Source: Escherichia phage vB_EcoM_G2494. From it: DNA of 64,000 nucleotides. The DNA is taken from sequence record MK327935.1. One strand, 5' to 3'. The translations under genes were made by a program, and so were the position numbers. Shown here piece after piece: positions 42,460 to 52,331 of the stretch. The notes below the pieces were generated by a model, which was given only the letters and a program-made list of their open reading frames with translations, did no database searches and had not been told where the DNA came from. Each line of letters begins with the position of its first letter. The stretch's first letter is position 1.

Positions 42460-44703
42460 TTACAGCTTGCAAGATGAGCACTCGCTAGCGTCTTCCGTAC
42501 CATCTGCACCGTCGCGAACGTTCGCATAATACAGGGTTTTCAGACCGTAATATTGAGCAAACAACATATCATCTAATACATCAGCAATATCGACTTTACC
42601 AGTCTTATAAGTGCTTGGATCGTAGGATGTGTTGGAACTAATCGCCTGATCTACAAACTTCTGCATGATCGCTGCCAGTGTCAGATAAGGCTTGTTACCT
42701 TTCTTGATCAGTGTCCAAAGCAGGTCAATAACATCAGCATTATTCTCTACGTTCGGAATAACCTGATTAAATTGCCCTTCTTTCGATCCTTTAACCGATA
42801 CAATACCGCGAGGCGGTTCAATACCGTTTGTGCTGTTAGATACCTGAGAAGACGACTCACAAGGCATCAGAGCCGAAAGCGTACTGTTACGAATGCCATA
42901 TTTTTTCAGGTCTTCGCGCAGTTCTTCCCAATCCATCTCATATACCGGATCAACCAGTTCATCTACTGTCTTTTTGTACCAGTCGATAGGCAGTTCACCG
43001 CGTCCATAACGTGTTTCGTGCATCAGTTCGCAAGCACCCTTCTCTTTAGCCAGTTGCACACTAGCCTTAATCAGAGCATATTGCAAGCGTTCAAACGTTT
43101 TATGCGTAAACTCGTTAGCGTCTTCATATGTGAAGAAATTATCCGCGAGATACGATGCAAAGTTAGTCACCCCAACACCCAGAGAGCGACGTTTTTTGGC
43201 TGTCAGAGCTTGCTCTACAGGATAATCCTGGTAATCTAACAGGTTGTCAAGTGCACGCACCATAACCATAGCAATGCGTTCTACTTCTTCCATATTTTCG
43301 ATATCAAAGTTTCCTAAAACATATGCTGCCAAAGTACATAGGCTGATCTCTGAATCATCACGACCCATCGGTTTTGTAGGCAGAGCAATTTCACAACACA
43401 GGTTGGATTGTTTAATCGGTGCTACATTACGAATAAACGCCCCGTGATTGTTCATGTTGTCTGTGAACGTTGGGTAGATTCGACCAGTGTTAAAACGTTC
43501 AATTGCCACCGCTAAAAACAGGTCTTCGGCTTTAACACGAGTTTTACGAACACTCGGATCTTTTTCCAGTTTTTCGTAAAGCTGGCGGAAACCTTCCTCA
43601 TCTCGGAAGTATAGATCCCACAACAAGCCACCTGCAACATCTGGACTAAACAGAGTAATGTAATCCCGTTTAAGGAATCGCTCTACCATCAGGTTATTAA
43701 TCTGTACGCCGTAATCAAGATGACGAATGCGGTTATCTTCCACCCCCTTATTGTTCTTTAACACAATCAGACTTTCAAACTCTAAATGCCACATTGGGTA
43801 ATAGAGAGTCGCCGCCCCGCCACGAATACCGCCTTGTGAGCATGACTTAACGGCAGTCTGAAAATGTTTCCAGAATGGGATAACGCCAGTATGACGAACT
43901 TCACCATGCCCGATCTTAGATCCTTCCGCGCGAATCATGCCAGCGTTGATACCGATACCAGCACGCTTGCTAATATACTTGATGATTGCATTTGCTGTTT
44001 CGTTGATGCCCTGCAATGAGTCATCACTTTCAATCACCACACACGAACTAAATTGGCGTGTTGGGGTACGCACACCTGCCATAATCGGAGTAGGCAGAGA
44101 GATTTGCTTATTCGCAACAGCATTATAAAAATCAATCACATGTTCAAGTCGATTTTCGGTCTCTTCTTGATGCAAGCACATACCGATCAGCATATACGCA
44201 AATTGCGGTGTTTCGATGATTTTCTTAGTGCTGCGATCCTGAACAAGATATTTCTCTTTTAACTGCATCGCACCAGCATAGGTCATTTTAAAATCAAGTT
44301 TATGGTCGATGAATTTCTCCAGATATTCCACTTCTTCACGGGAATACTTTTGCAGAATTTCGCGATCATATTTTCCGATTGCAATATTACGCTCAATATG
44401 GCTATAAAAATCAATAGGTTGGAATTGACCGTATACTGATTTACGAAGCGCGAACATTGCAAGGTTACTTGCTACATATTGATAATCGGGTGTTTCTACC
44501 GTGATGTTATCTGCGGCGACCTTAATCAATACTTTCTGGATATCATTGGTAGACATACCTTCTGTCAGAAGTGGTTCAACCATATCAAACAATTCATATG
44601 GATCAACGTTATGACCTTCGGCTGCCGCTTCCAGAATTTTCATTACTTTTTCTTTTTCAAACGGAACAGTCAGACCGGAAGACTTAACAACATTTTTAAT
44701 CAT
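42460..44703 (-). CDS. nrdA: ribonucleotide reductase large subunit NrdA
   Basis: 747 aa; ATP-cone N-terminus, catalytic NLCCE / LCTL and C-terminal CSSC motifs. Confidence 0.93.
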   Translation of the reverse strand: MIKNVVKSSGLTVPFEKEKVMKILEAAAEGHNVDPYELFDMVEPLLTEGMSTNDIQKVLIKVAADNITVETPDYQYVASNLAMFALRKSVYGQFQPIDFYSHIERNIAIGKYDREILQKYSREEVEYLEKFIDHKLDFKMTYAGAMQLKEKYLVQDRSTKKIIETPQFAYMLIGMCLHQEETENRLEHVIDFYNAVANKQISLPTPIMAGVRTPTRQFSSCVVIESDDSLQGINETANAIIKYISKRAGIGINAGMIRAEGSKIGHGEVRHTGVIPFWKHFQTAVKSCSQGGIRGGAATLYYPMWHLEFESLIVLKNNKGVEDNRIRHLDYGVQINNLMVERFLKRDYITLFSPDVAGGLLWDLYFRDEEGFRQLYEKLEKDPSVRKTRVKAEDLFLAVAIERFNTGRIYPTFTDNMNNHGAFIRNVAPIKQSNLCCEIALPTKPMGRDDSEISLCTLAAYVLGNFDIENMEEVERIAMVMVRALDNLLDYQDYPVEQALTAKKRRSLGVGVTNFASYLADNFFTYEDANEFTHKTFERLQYALIKASVQLAKEKGACELMHETRYGRGELPIDWYKKTVDELVDPVYEMDWEELREDLKKYGIRNSTLSALMPCESSSQVSNSTNGIEPPRGIVSVKGSKEGQFNQVIPNVENNADVIDLLWTLIKKGNKPYLTLAAIMQKFVDQAISSNTSYDPSTYKTGKVDIADVLDDMLFAQYYGLKTLYYANVRDGADGTEDASECSSCKL

Positions 44704-44771
44704 ATTACCTCACTTCATATTTTAGCAGGAACAAGTTTATCCTCCATATTGGGGGCTTTCGCCCCCTTTGT

Positions 44772-45992
44772 TTATACTGCCATTTGAGCGGTGATCGCTG
44801 GATGGCTTTGATAGTTGTGAATTTTAAAGTCTTTCGGAGTCTTTGTCAATACCTCATCTAAAGATTTAAATTCCGGCAACTCAATTGTTGGTTTATCAAA
44901 CGGAACACGGCTTAACTGTTCCATAACTTGATCAAAGTGGTTTTTGTAAATGTGAGTATCTCCACCAGAGAAAATCAGTTCTCCTACCTCAAGATCACAC
45001 ATTTTCGCTATGATGTGAGTTAACAGCGCATAGCTGGCAACATTAAAGGGCAAGCCCAAAAAGCTGTCTACGCTTCGCTGAAACCACATACAAGACAGTT
45101 TACCTTCATTGACGTAGAATTGCACGAAAGGATGACATACACCTAATACAGCATTATGTGTTCCTTGTACGTTCCATGAGTCAATAATGATCCGGCGATC
45201 CGTTGGATTATTTTTAATTTGTTCAATCACGTTTTGTAACTGGTCTTCCCAAATCTTCGGGCGATAGACATATTCTTCATCGTCTTTAGGGCTTGATGTG
45301 TCTACATCCATACTAACAAAGATCGTGGTATCAGGTGCTAAAATGTCACCGCCCAGATATTCATTATCAAACAGATAACCGAAATAACCATCATCTACCC
45401 ATTCCTGGAATCCCCACAAGCAATATGCATCATTAACAAAATTAGATTGAGTCTTCCAGTGATCTGCTACCAGAATATAATCAAACTCTTCATAACGCAT
45501 ACCACGCCAGATAGCACATAAACGGTCTTCTGTTTCATTGGTTGGCGTAAAGTCTTCTACCCACGGGTGTTTAAATGTATGTGTATATTTGCTCTTAACG
45601 CGCTTAATTTTGATTTCACCGTGTGGATGAATCGGTTTGCGTCGCCATGCCATACCATACATATTGCCGACATTATAACCATTGAATCGCAAAGGATTCT
45701 TTTCTTTCATATCAAGACAGTTGCCGCGCCAAATGTCGAAGGCTTCTTCGTCAAACTTACCGCGTGTAATTTCCTGTAAGCGACGGCGGTCAAGTGATCC
45801 CTCCATAAACCATAGCAATTCACCAATTACAGAGGCTGTAGCCATCTTTTTAGTGGTCAGTAAGGGGAAACCCTTGCTTAAGTCAATTCGCATTTCTGCA
45901 CCGAATTTAGAGAGCGTACCTATCCCCGTTCGGTCTTCACGAGGCCAGCCATTATCAAGAACATCACGCAACAGTTTCAAATATTCTTTCAT
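44772..45992 (-). CDS. td: thymidylate synthase with about 115-residue internal insertion
   Basis: ThyA motifs (DRTGIGT, LGVCHPFVQFY, DRRIIIDSWNV, C-terminal AITAQMAV) but 406 aa versus 264-286 aa typical; insert between WRR and DQLQNVIEQIK. Confidence 0.85.
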   Translation of the reverse strand: MKEYLKLLRDVLDNGWPREDRTGIGTLSKFGAEMRIDLSKGFPLLTTKKMATASVIGELLWFMEGSLDRRRLQEITRGKFDEEAFDIWRGNCLDMKEKNPLRFNGYNVGNMYGMAWRRKPIHPHGEIKIKRVKSKYTHTFKHPWVEDFTPTNETEDRLCAIWRGMRYEEFDYILVADHWKTQSNFVNDAYCLWGFQEWVDDGYFGYLFDNEYLGGDILAPDTTIFVSMDVDTSSPKDDEEYVYRPKIWEDQLQNVIEQIKNNPTDRRIIIDSWNVQGTHNAVLGVCHPFVQFYVNEGKLSCMWFQRSVDSFLGLPFNVASYALLTHIIAKMCDLEVGELIFSGGDTHIYKNHFDQVMEQLSRVPFDKPTIELPEFKSLDEVLTKTPKDFKIHNYQSHPAITAQMAV

Positions 45993-46232
45993 CCCACATC
46001 ACCTTTTTCTTATTGATTGCTTTCTTACGCAGTTTTGCTACTGTCTCGTCAATATCGATAAAGACAACGCCACGGTCGAATACAGTAGCAGGTCTTGAGA
46101 TATCGCTATTTTCTTGCACAGGAAGCCATGATGCGCTCGCTTCATCATAGAGATATTATAAACCGTAATAATCTACGGCTACTGCGTAGTTTTCACTGGT
46201 AGCCGTCCATAATTGAATAATACCGACTTTCA

Positions 46233-46325
46233 TTATTGTTCCCGTCCGCAATGTAAGCACCGACTACCAGCAAACATTAAAGATTCACCACAATGTTTGC
46301 ACTCATAATCTGTCAGAATTTTCAT
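46233..46325 (-). CDS. tiny zinc-ribbon-like ORF (30 aa)
   Basis: CKHCG ... CLHCG; ATG 1 nt after frd stop; hand-called. Confidence 0.3.
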   Translation of the reverse strand: MKILTDYECKHCGESLMFAGSRCLHCGREQ

Positions 46326-46326
46326 G

Positions 46327-46908
46327 TTACGCCTTCTTACGTTCTAAAATTTGTTCGCTGATCAGGTAATTATCAAGGAAGTAATTATGTTCTTCTTTGG
46401 TTACAAAGTCAAAATACAATTCCTGAATCATTTCCTTAGATATACCAACATCATATTCAAATGGATCGTTGATCCCTGAACGTTGAACATACGTTAACAC
46501 AATACGGTCCGCAAAGTCAACTGCTTTTTCAATCAGGGAAGGTCCGCCAATAACGCTTACCAAACCTTGCAATTTCTCTATGACTTCTAATAATTCCTTC
46601 AATCCACCATCATTAGTAATCGCGGTATACACATCTGGTTGGTCGCCGTTTTTTGCTTTCGGTGCTGGCTTACTGGTATCGGTGCTAACAACCACATTCA
46701 CACGGCCTTCCAGTGCTTTAGGTAGACTTTCAAAGGTATTACGTCCCATTACAACCGCCGCAAGATCAACATCTCCCATAGTGCGCATTTTAAAGTTTTC
46801 CATGTCTTTTTTGATTGGACGTCCCCACGGTAAACCGCCTTTAAAACCAAAAGCCCAATTTTCATCTGACATTTTAGTATCACCAATCGCAAATACACAT
46901 TGAATCAT
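46327..46908 (-). CDS. frd: dihydrofolate reductase
   Basis: 193 aa; GLPW, VMGRNTFES DHFR motifs; adjacent to td. Confidence 0.88.
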   Translation of the reverse strand: MIQCVFAIGDTKMSDENWAFGFKGGLPWGRPIKKDMENFKMRTMGDVDLAAVVMGRNTFESLPKALEGRVNVVVSTDTSKPAPKAKNGDQPDVYTAITNDGGLKELLEVIEKLQGLVSVIGGPSLIEKAVDFADRIVLTYVQRSGINDPFEYDVGISKEMIQELYFDFVTKEEHNYFLDNYLISEQILERKKA

Positions 46909-46923
46909 AATATAAATCTCCCA

Positions 46924-47253
46924 TCAAATCAGTTTGAAATAGTTTTCATTTACATTTTCTTCTGTGATTGCTGTCTTAAATTCTTGACCGTTATCCGGTG
47001 TGATGAAATAACGGTCTGAATAATCACGAAAACGTTTTAAGTGAGATACCCCAACATTAACACCATGTTCCCAAAAACGAAAGGTAATCATTTTTGGTTC
47101 ATATCGATAGTCGCTGGTCAACACAGTACCATCACCGCGACGGGCTTCATAAACCGTAATACATTCACGATTGGCGGCTTTTAGGCATTCTTCAATAGTG
47201 CCGCACGAGATAATACTTACTTTTTCATCTACGATTTGTTCTACAGTCCACAT
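46924..47253 (-). CDS. hypothetical protein (109 aa)
   Basis: ATG start behind promoter 47285-47312. Confidence 0.55.
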   Translation of the reverse strand: MWTVEQIVDEKVSIISCGTIEECLKAANRECITVYEARRGDGTVLTSDYRYEPKMITFRFWEHGVNVGVSHLKRFRDYSDRYFITPDNGQEFKTAITEENVNENYFKLI

Positions 47254-47284
47254 AATATAATCCTCTCTTTGTTTCGATGTTTGT

Positions 47285-47312
47285 ATTATACATCATCTGT
47301 GTTCGGCGTCAA
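47285..47312 (-). promoter_or_regulatory. early promoter TTGACG-16-TATAAT
   Basis: Read on minus strand. Confidence 0.5.
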
Positions 47313-47638
47313 CCTTTTTGTTCCATGAAAAGCGGTGCTGTTTCTTCTTTCAGTTTAATAACTAGCGCGGAAACTTCATCAAGAAAATCTTTTTCCATAT
47401 GAGCAAGCATTGATTTAGAATCTTTGATGACTTTCAAAGAATATTCACTTAGATTTCCTTTTCCTAACAATAATGCAGGATACACACTATGTGGGATCTC
47501 GATTTCATGATATTCACTCATAGTATAATATTTGTGAATTTTTAAATCTATATTTCTTCGTTGTACGTCTACATCAGCAATGACATACAGACGTTCGATT
47601 TTATCACTTTTTTGAGAAAGGGTAGCATTCAAAAACAT
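47309..47638 (-). CDS. hypothetical protein (109 aa)
   Basis: ATG start behind promoter 47668-47695. Confidence 0.55.
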   Translation of the reverse strand: MFLNATLSQKSDKIERLYVIADVDVQRRNIDLKIHKYYTMSEYHEIEIPHSVYPALLLGKGNLSEYSLKVIKDSKSMLAHMEKDFLDEVSALVIKLKEETAPLFMEQKG

Positions 47639-47667
47639 TGTTAATCCTCCGTTGTTTCGATGTGTGT

Positions 47668-47695
47668 ATTATACATTACCGCGCCAGCATGTCAA
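47668..47695 (-). promoter_or_regulatory. early promoter TTGACA-16-TATAAT
   Basis: Read on minus strand. Confidence 0.5.
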
Positions 47696-47721
47696 TATAT
47701 TTTTCATAAAAATTTAGGTAA

Positions 47722-47750
47722 TAAAAAAGCCCCCCGAAGGAAGGCTTTAA
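47722..47750 (-). terminator. hairpin terminator-like element after gene 32 (minus strand)
   Basis: A-run plus aagcc ... ggctt hairpin on plus strand. Confidence 0.4.
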
Positions 47751-47756
47751 AATTCA

Positions 47757-48731
47757 TTACATCCCTAACAGAGCGTCAAGATCATCCAGATCAGAAGCGG
47801 AGGAAGTACCGCCACCCAGATCCAGCGATGCCATCAGGTCATCAGCGGAAGAATCTAACGCCGTGCTAGCTGCGTTAATACCAACTACAGTGCTAGCTGC
47901 GTTAATACCAGCATCGAATGCATTCATCTGTGCGTCAAAATCGTCAAGCTGGCTGTTAATCGCTGCCGCAGCACTGAAAGCCACAGCACCAGCTACCATA
48001 GAAACGCCCATAGTTTTCTTAAATTTGGTTTCCAGTTCATCGAACGGTTTAAACTGGCTAGGTGCTACAATCTCACTCAGATCAACCATGTTTTCCATCA
48101 GATATTTCTGATATGCTTCGTCTTCAATTTTCGGAAGCTGTGATTGCTGCATGAAACGAGAATCATCATAGTTCTGGTGTTTATCAACCTTCTTAGCTTT
48201 CAGGAGGAAGTTAGCACCGGAGAACACACAAGTTACATCTACCGGAACTTCGCCCATGTCGGTATTCACGTTCACCATTGCAACGATCTTATCATAAATT
48301 TTCTGACCGAAGCGGAATTTGAATACCTTACCTTCATTTTCTGGTGCTTGAGGATCTTTCAGTACCAGAATATTTGCGTAGTAAGACGCTTTACGCTTAA
48401 TCAGTTGCCATTCGGTTTTATCGGTATTGTACAGGTCTTTTTCGTTAATATATTTGCACACAGGGCAAGAATCAAAATCACCGTGGGTGCTGGAGCAGTT
48501 TTCCCAATACCATTTGCCATTAACTTTGAAGGAATGGTTTACCAGTTTCACAATCGGCAGACCGTCTTCTGTCTTAGGCGGCAGGAAGCGAATCAGGGCT
48601 TCACCGTTACCTGCTGCATCAGTCTTAATCTTCCACTCTTTCGGATCTTCTTTGGAGAAACCGTTGCCACCTTTCAGTGCGGCCAGTTGAGCTTGCAGTT
48701 TGGAGCTATCTTGACGACGAAACATGTTCAT
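47757..48731 (-). CDS. 32: single-stranded DNA-binding protein gp32
   Basis: Collinear identity to T4 gp32 (HGDYDSCPVC zinc site, KDPAAPENEGKVFK); acidic C-terminal tail. Confidence 0.93.
   Translation of the reverse strand: MNMFRRQDSSKLQAQLAALKGGNGFSKEDPKEWKIKTDAAGNGEALIRFLPPKTEDGLPIVKLVNHSFKVNGKWYWENCSSTHGDFDSCPVCKYINEKDLYNTDKTEWQLIKRKASYYANILVLKDPQAPENEGKVFKFRFGQKIYDKIVAMVNVNTDMGEVPVDVTCVFSGANFLLKAKKVDKHQNYDDSRFMQQSQLPKIEDEAYQKYLMENMVDLSEIVAPSQFKPFDELETKFKKTMGVSMVAGAVAFSAAAAINSQLDDFDAQMNAFDAGINAASTVVGINAASTALDSSADDLMASLDLGGGTSSASDLDDLDALLGM
47863..47909. repeat. 27-bp-period in-frame tandem repeat in gp32 acidic tail coding region
   Basis: gtgctagctgcgttaatacc occurs twice 27 bp apart. 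Confidence 0.7.
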
Positions 48732-48791
48732 AATTATACCTCTTTATACATTAACTATTGATTAATTTACGTTTTATACTATATCAGATAC

Positions 48792-49388
48792 TTAATTGCT
48801 TGTCAATACTTTATCAATTATATCTAACAGTTTTGGCTTTCTATTTTCAAATTCTAACATCTCTTCGGGAGAAATGTCAACTACTTCTGTTTTGTTGAAA
48901 AAGTTTGGGTCTATAGCATCAGCAACAAAGTTTCTCGCAAGTGCTGCCGCTTTCTCATGAACATATATTCCCAAATATATCAACTTCTTTCTTTCGACCT
49001 GAATATTGGCAACATATTTACCATCTCGTTTATAAAGACTAACACCGATATATTCAGACGATCGACCTTTCTGTTTACCCATATTTCTTGAGTTTTGTTG
49101 CTCGTTCGCATCTCTCAAGTTTTCAATCCGATTATCTGTTATAATTCGGTTAACATGGTCAACGTATTTTGGCATGTATCCATGATGCATAAAGAAAATT
49201 ATTCTATGCTCTTTATGATGTTTACCATCGATACACACCAATCTGTATCCATGACTAGGATTAACTCCACCCGCTCTAGATCCGACTTTATGCTTTCTGT
49301 TTGTCGATATCTTGCGAATCAGCTTACCGTTATCATATTTAAAGAGTTCATGACAACGAGCATACAATTCAGGATCATATGTTTTCAC
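48792..49388 (-). CDS. HNH-AP2 homing endonuclease (GTG start), between genes 32 and 59
   Basis: VDHVNRIITDNRIENLR HNH motif and AP2-like YIGVSL ... paralog of 41334-41873. Confidence 0.65.
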   Translation of the reverse strand: MKTYDPELYARCHELFKYDNGKLIRKISTNRKHKVGSRAGGVNPSHGYRLVCIDGKHHKEHRIIFFMHHGYMPKYVDHVNRIITDNRIENLRDANEQQNSRNMGKQKGRSSEYIGVSLYKRDGKYVANIQVERKKLIYLGIYVHEKAAALARNFVADAIDPNFFNKTEVVDISPEEMLEFENRKPKLLDIIDKVLTSN

Positions 49389-50052
49389 CTTTTAACCTCG
49401 ATATTTCTTTACACTCTTTAACTACTTTAACAAATAATGCTCTTGCTTTTGCGGCGTCAATAACAAGTAGTTTCTTGTACGCCTTCATTTTAACACTATA
49501 AGTTTGCCAAATCAAGTCTTTGGCTACCTTGTCGTGTTCGTCGATTATATTTAGAAAGCTATCTAACAACATAAACGACTCAAACGATATAATCCGATTT
49601 TGCAGTAGTTTAAAGATACCGCTAGTTTCGGTTGCGGGATTGTATGTAATTAGCTCTTTAAGAGTAACCCCGCGTTTCTCGGAGAAGTATACCAGACTTT
49701 TAATGTCATCGTCAAATCGTGTTGCTGCATCGGTTATCTTTCCTATGTATTCCATATAAAAGCCGTATGCGTCAACATCAGTGATTTCACCTACCCATGC
49801 ATCGGTATTAGCTACCAGATTGCTTAGGAATAGGAAGTATAATTCTCTTAGATTGTACTTTTCCGCTAATTTTGCGAAATAATACTTATCTCTGCGTTTA
49901 TTGAATGCGGCATCAGACAACCGCATCCTCCAATTGTATTTTACGCAATCATAACGCCCGTTCATATGAGCTTTCATCATGCAATATAACATATACACAG
50001 ATTTAGCATTAATTCGCATATCTGGTTCTGGAGGAAGACGGTTTCTGATCAT
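49375..50052 (-). CDS. 59: helicase loader gp59
   Basis: KSVYMLYCMMKAHMNGRYD ... ISFESFMLLDSFLNIID matches T4 gp59. Confidence 0.9.
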   Translation of the reverse strand: MIRNRLPPEPDMRINAKSVYMLYCMMKAHMNGRYDCVKYNWRMRLSDAAFNKRRDKYYFAKLAEKYNLRELYFLFLSNLVANTDAWVGEITDVDAYGFYMEYIGKITDAATRFDDDIKSLVYFSEKRGVTLKELITYNPATETSGIFKLLQNRIISFESFMLLDSFLNIIDEHDKVAKDLIWQTYSVKMKAYKKLLVIDAAKARALFVKVVKECKEISRLKGENI

Positions 50053-50061
50053 ACATACCCC

Positions 50062-50331
50062 TTAAATATCGAGAGTGTTGGTCGGTTCGTCGATCACTCC
50101 CTTCCTGAGTGTTCTATTTACTATACATTCTTGTGTGATCTTGTCAATAATGGACACCGGAATATACTTCTGATAGTGACCATATTCTATAGAGTTTTCC
50201 TCTACAAACTGAGTGGTCGCTTCAAGATAAGTCAATCCCTCTTCAACAACCAGTTTTTCGATTGCAAGACCGTTTGCTGTTTTGTTCGCGGCTTTTACCG
50301 CATGTTCATTAAGCATTGAACACCCGATCAT
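50062..50331 (-). CDS. 33: late transcription co-activator gp33
   Basis: YLEATTQFVEENSI matches T4 gp33; start may be the internal ATG at 50316. Confidence 0.75.
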   Translation of the reverse strand: MIGCSMLNEHAVKAANKTANGLAIEKLVVEEGLTYLEATTQFVEENSIEYGHYQKYIPVSIIDKITQECIVNRTLRKGVIDEPTNTLDI

Positions 50332-50584
50332 AGAGTTCTACCGCTTCGTCGCGTTCTGCTTCGAAGGTTTCGCGCTGTTGCTGGTGATACAGTTTAAACA
50401 GAATGCCCCACATTTTACCATCTACGCCTAATTCTTCTTTAGCACGCTGTTTGATCTCTTTGATCTTATCGCCGTATGCTTCTTGAATGGTTTTCTGATC
50501 GCTGGCTTCTTTAATCAGTTGTGCCAGGGTATTTCCGTGTACATTTTCATCGAATACTACTTTTTCTTTTTTCTGTTCAGTCAT
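50309..50584 (-). CDS. dsbA: dsDNA-binding protein DsbA
   Basis: RAKEELGVDGKM ... FEAE ... VELYD matches T4 DsbA. Confidence 0.8.
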   Translation of the reverse strand: MTEQKKEKVVFDENVHGNTLAQLIKEASDQKTIQEAYGDKIKEIKQRAKEELGVDGKMWGILFKLYHQQQRETFEAERDEAVELYDRVFNA

Positions 50585-50589
50585 AATAT

Positions 50590-50982
50590 TTAACCCTCTT
50601 TCGTCATTAATTGAAAACCACGTTCAGCTTTTGAGATTTCGCTAGGACTTAAATCGTCACCCACATATTCTAGCATCATTTCTCGGATAATGTCAAGTGC
50701 TTTTTCATCACCTGATTTTAACTCGAACTCAAGTTCATAGTGAGCATCTCCCATGACTTCGCCGACTTTGCAATAATAGAAAGTGTCTTTGCACATTTCC
50801 ACTATAGCACCCTCAAGGTCAAGTGTCAATGACTTGCGGTATGTCCTTACTTGCAATAAAGGAACGATAAGGTCGGAGTTTACGCCTAGACTATCAACAT
50901 AATGATAGAAATCATCCATTGTTGAAAAAGTGATTTCTTCTCGGTTGAATAGTCCAGATTCACGATCACCTATTTTGAGCAT
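50590..50982 (-). CDS. hypothetical protein (130 aa)
   Basis: ATG at 50982 (track start TTG); accessory gene between dsbA and rnh. Confidence 0.5.
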   Translation of the reverse strand: MLKIGDRESGLFNREEITFSTMDDFYHYVDSLGVNSDLIVPLLQVRTYRKSLTLDLEGAIVEMCKDTFYYCKVGEVMGDAHYELEFELKSGDEKALDIIREMMLEYVGDDLSPSEISKAERGFQLMTKEG

Positions 50983-50984
50983 GA

Positions 50985-51185
50985 TCAATGATCTATTAAC
51001 GTCAAGTCTAGATAAATTCCTTTTCGACGCAGTGCATGATCTTCGTTATCATAATAAAATTCGTGTTTTAGTGTGTTAGCATGATCTACGATATTGTACC
51101 CGTCATACATTGCTACCCACAAATCACAGATTGTTTCGACGCCAATTTGTGAGTGTGCATAGTATTTTAATTCAAGTTCTTTCAT
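50985..51185 (-). CDS. hypothetical protein (66 aa)
   Basis: ATG start; accessory gene. Confidence 0.45.
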   Translation of the reverse strand: MKELELKYYAHSQIGVETICDLWVAMYDGYNIVDHANTLKHEFYYDNEDHALRRKGIYLDLTLIDH

Positions 51186-51195
51186 ATGTCAACCC

Positions 51196-52143
51196 TTAGA
51201 ACTCACCAATTTTCTGCAACATTTTAACTAACGCATTTGTTACAAAATAGTTATAAATTTTACCGCGTGGTGCTGGTTTAGATTTTTCCCATGCTAACAA
51301 AATTTCATATTCGATGTTATCAGGAATAAATTCAAAATCAATAAGTTCGCGGTTTTCGTCAAAGCGTCGTGCTTCTTCCTCTGTCATCAAAGACTTTGGA
51401 TCTTCGGCATCGAAAATTTGCTCTAACCATTTGGTTGCAATTGGTTTAGCTCGTTCCCCTTCCAGTCGTGAGATAATGAAATCACTACGGCACTTGATCG
51501 AAGCTACACCGTCTTTTGCGTCACCCTTAACACATTTTACCATCAGGTCTTTGTAAGGGCTACCATATTTGCATTTCTTCCATGCTTTCTGTACTGGCGC
51601 CCACTGTTTCACGTTTTTGTATTTGTGCAACTGTGTGTAGTCACCATCACCTGAGTTGATCAGCACCTGGCGACCTTCGACAGAAAACTTTTTAGTTAAT
51701 ACAGCGATTATATCATCTGCTTCAACTTTGTCAACCTTAATAACGTGATAAGGCATGTTCTCTTTAAACTCTTCGGTGATCTTATTGATCGCAGCAAAGA
51801 TCATCTCCCAATCACGCGGATCTGCGTCTCGTTTTTCCTTACGGTTGCGTTTATAGTAAGGGGCGATATCACGTCGCCAGTAACCTTTACTTGAATCAAA
51901 GGCAAGTACCGTAATTGGGTATTGCTCTTTGAATTTTGTCATATTATAACGCATGGTGTCAAGGATAAGATGACGGATCATGCCTTCATTAATAGGGTCT
52001 TCCGGTTTAAAGGTATGCGAGATAGTAGCAATCATAAGCTGCGACATATCAATCAAATGCACACCTTCCGGTAGTTTATCTTCTGGATCATCAAAGAAAT
52101 CATTAAGTGTAGCGATAGTTTTTGTAAACGGGTTATACGTCAT
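51196..52143 (-). CDS. rnh: RNase H (FEN-family 5'-3' exonuclease)
   Basis: GYWRRD, YHVIKVDKVEADDIIAVL, HKYKNVKQW match T4 RNase H. Confidence 0.9.
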   Translation of the reverse strand: MTYNPFTKTIATLNDFFDDPEDKLPEGVHLIDMSQLMIATISHTFKPEDPINEGMIRHLILDTMRYNMTKFKEQYPITVLAFDSSKGYWRRDIAPYYKRNRKEKRDADPRDWEMIFAAINKITEEFKENMPYHVIKVDKVEADDIIAVLTKKFSVEGRQVLINSGDGDYTQLHKYKNVKQWAPVQKAWKKCKYGSPYKDLMVKCVKGDAKDGVASIKCRSDFIISRLEGERAKPIATKWLEQIFDAEDPKSLMTEEEARRFDENRELIDFEFIPDNIEYEILLAWEKSKPAPRGKIYNYFVTNALVKMLQKIGEF

Positions 52144-52145
52144 AA

Positions 52146-52331
52146 TTAAGTTCTCTCCACTCTCACAACAACAGACTCATCAAACGAGCTAGATACTTCA
52201 CGATCATACCCGTATTTCTCCATAACTCGCAGAATTGCATTGTTTAATTCGGCACGGAAATAATTGTAATCCTTATCTGGGATTCTGTCAACTACCCATT
52301 TTGCACCATCTGACAAATCAACTTTAACCAT
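52146..52331 (-). CDS. hypothetical protein (61 aa)
   Basis: ATG start; small ORF upstream of rnh. Confidence 0.4.
   Translation of the reverse strand: MVKVDLSDGAKWVVDRIPDKDYNYFRAELNNAILRVMEKYGYDREVSSSFDESVVVRVERT

Noticed and set aside
44772-45992. td insertion as a group I intron or intein
   Set aside because: The 406-codon frame is continuous with normal codon usage and the insert lacks intein Cys/Ser ... His-Asn termini; treated as a protein insertion pending RT-PCR.
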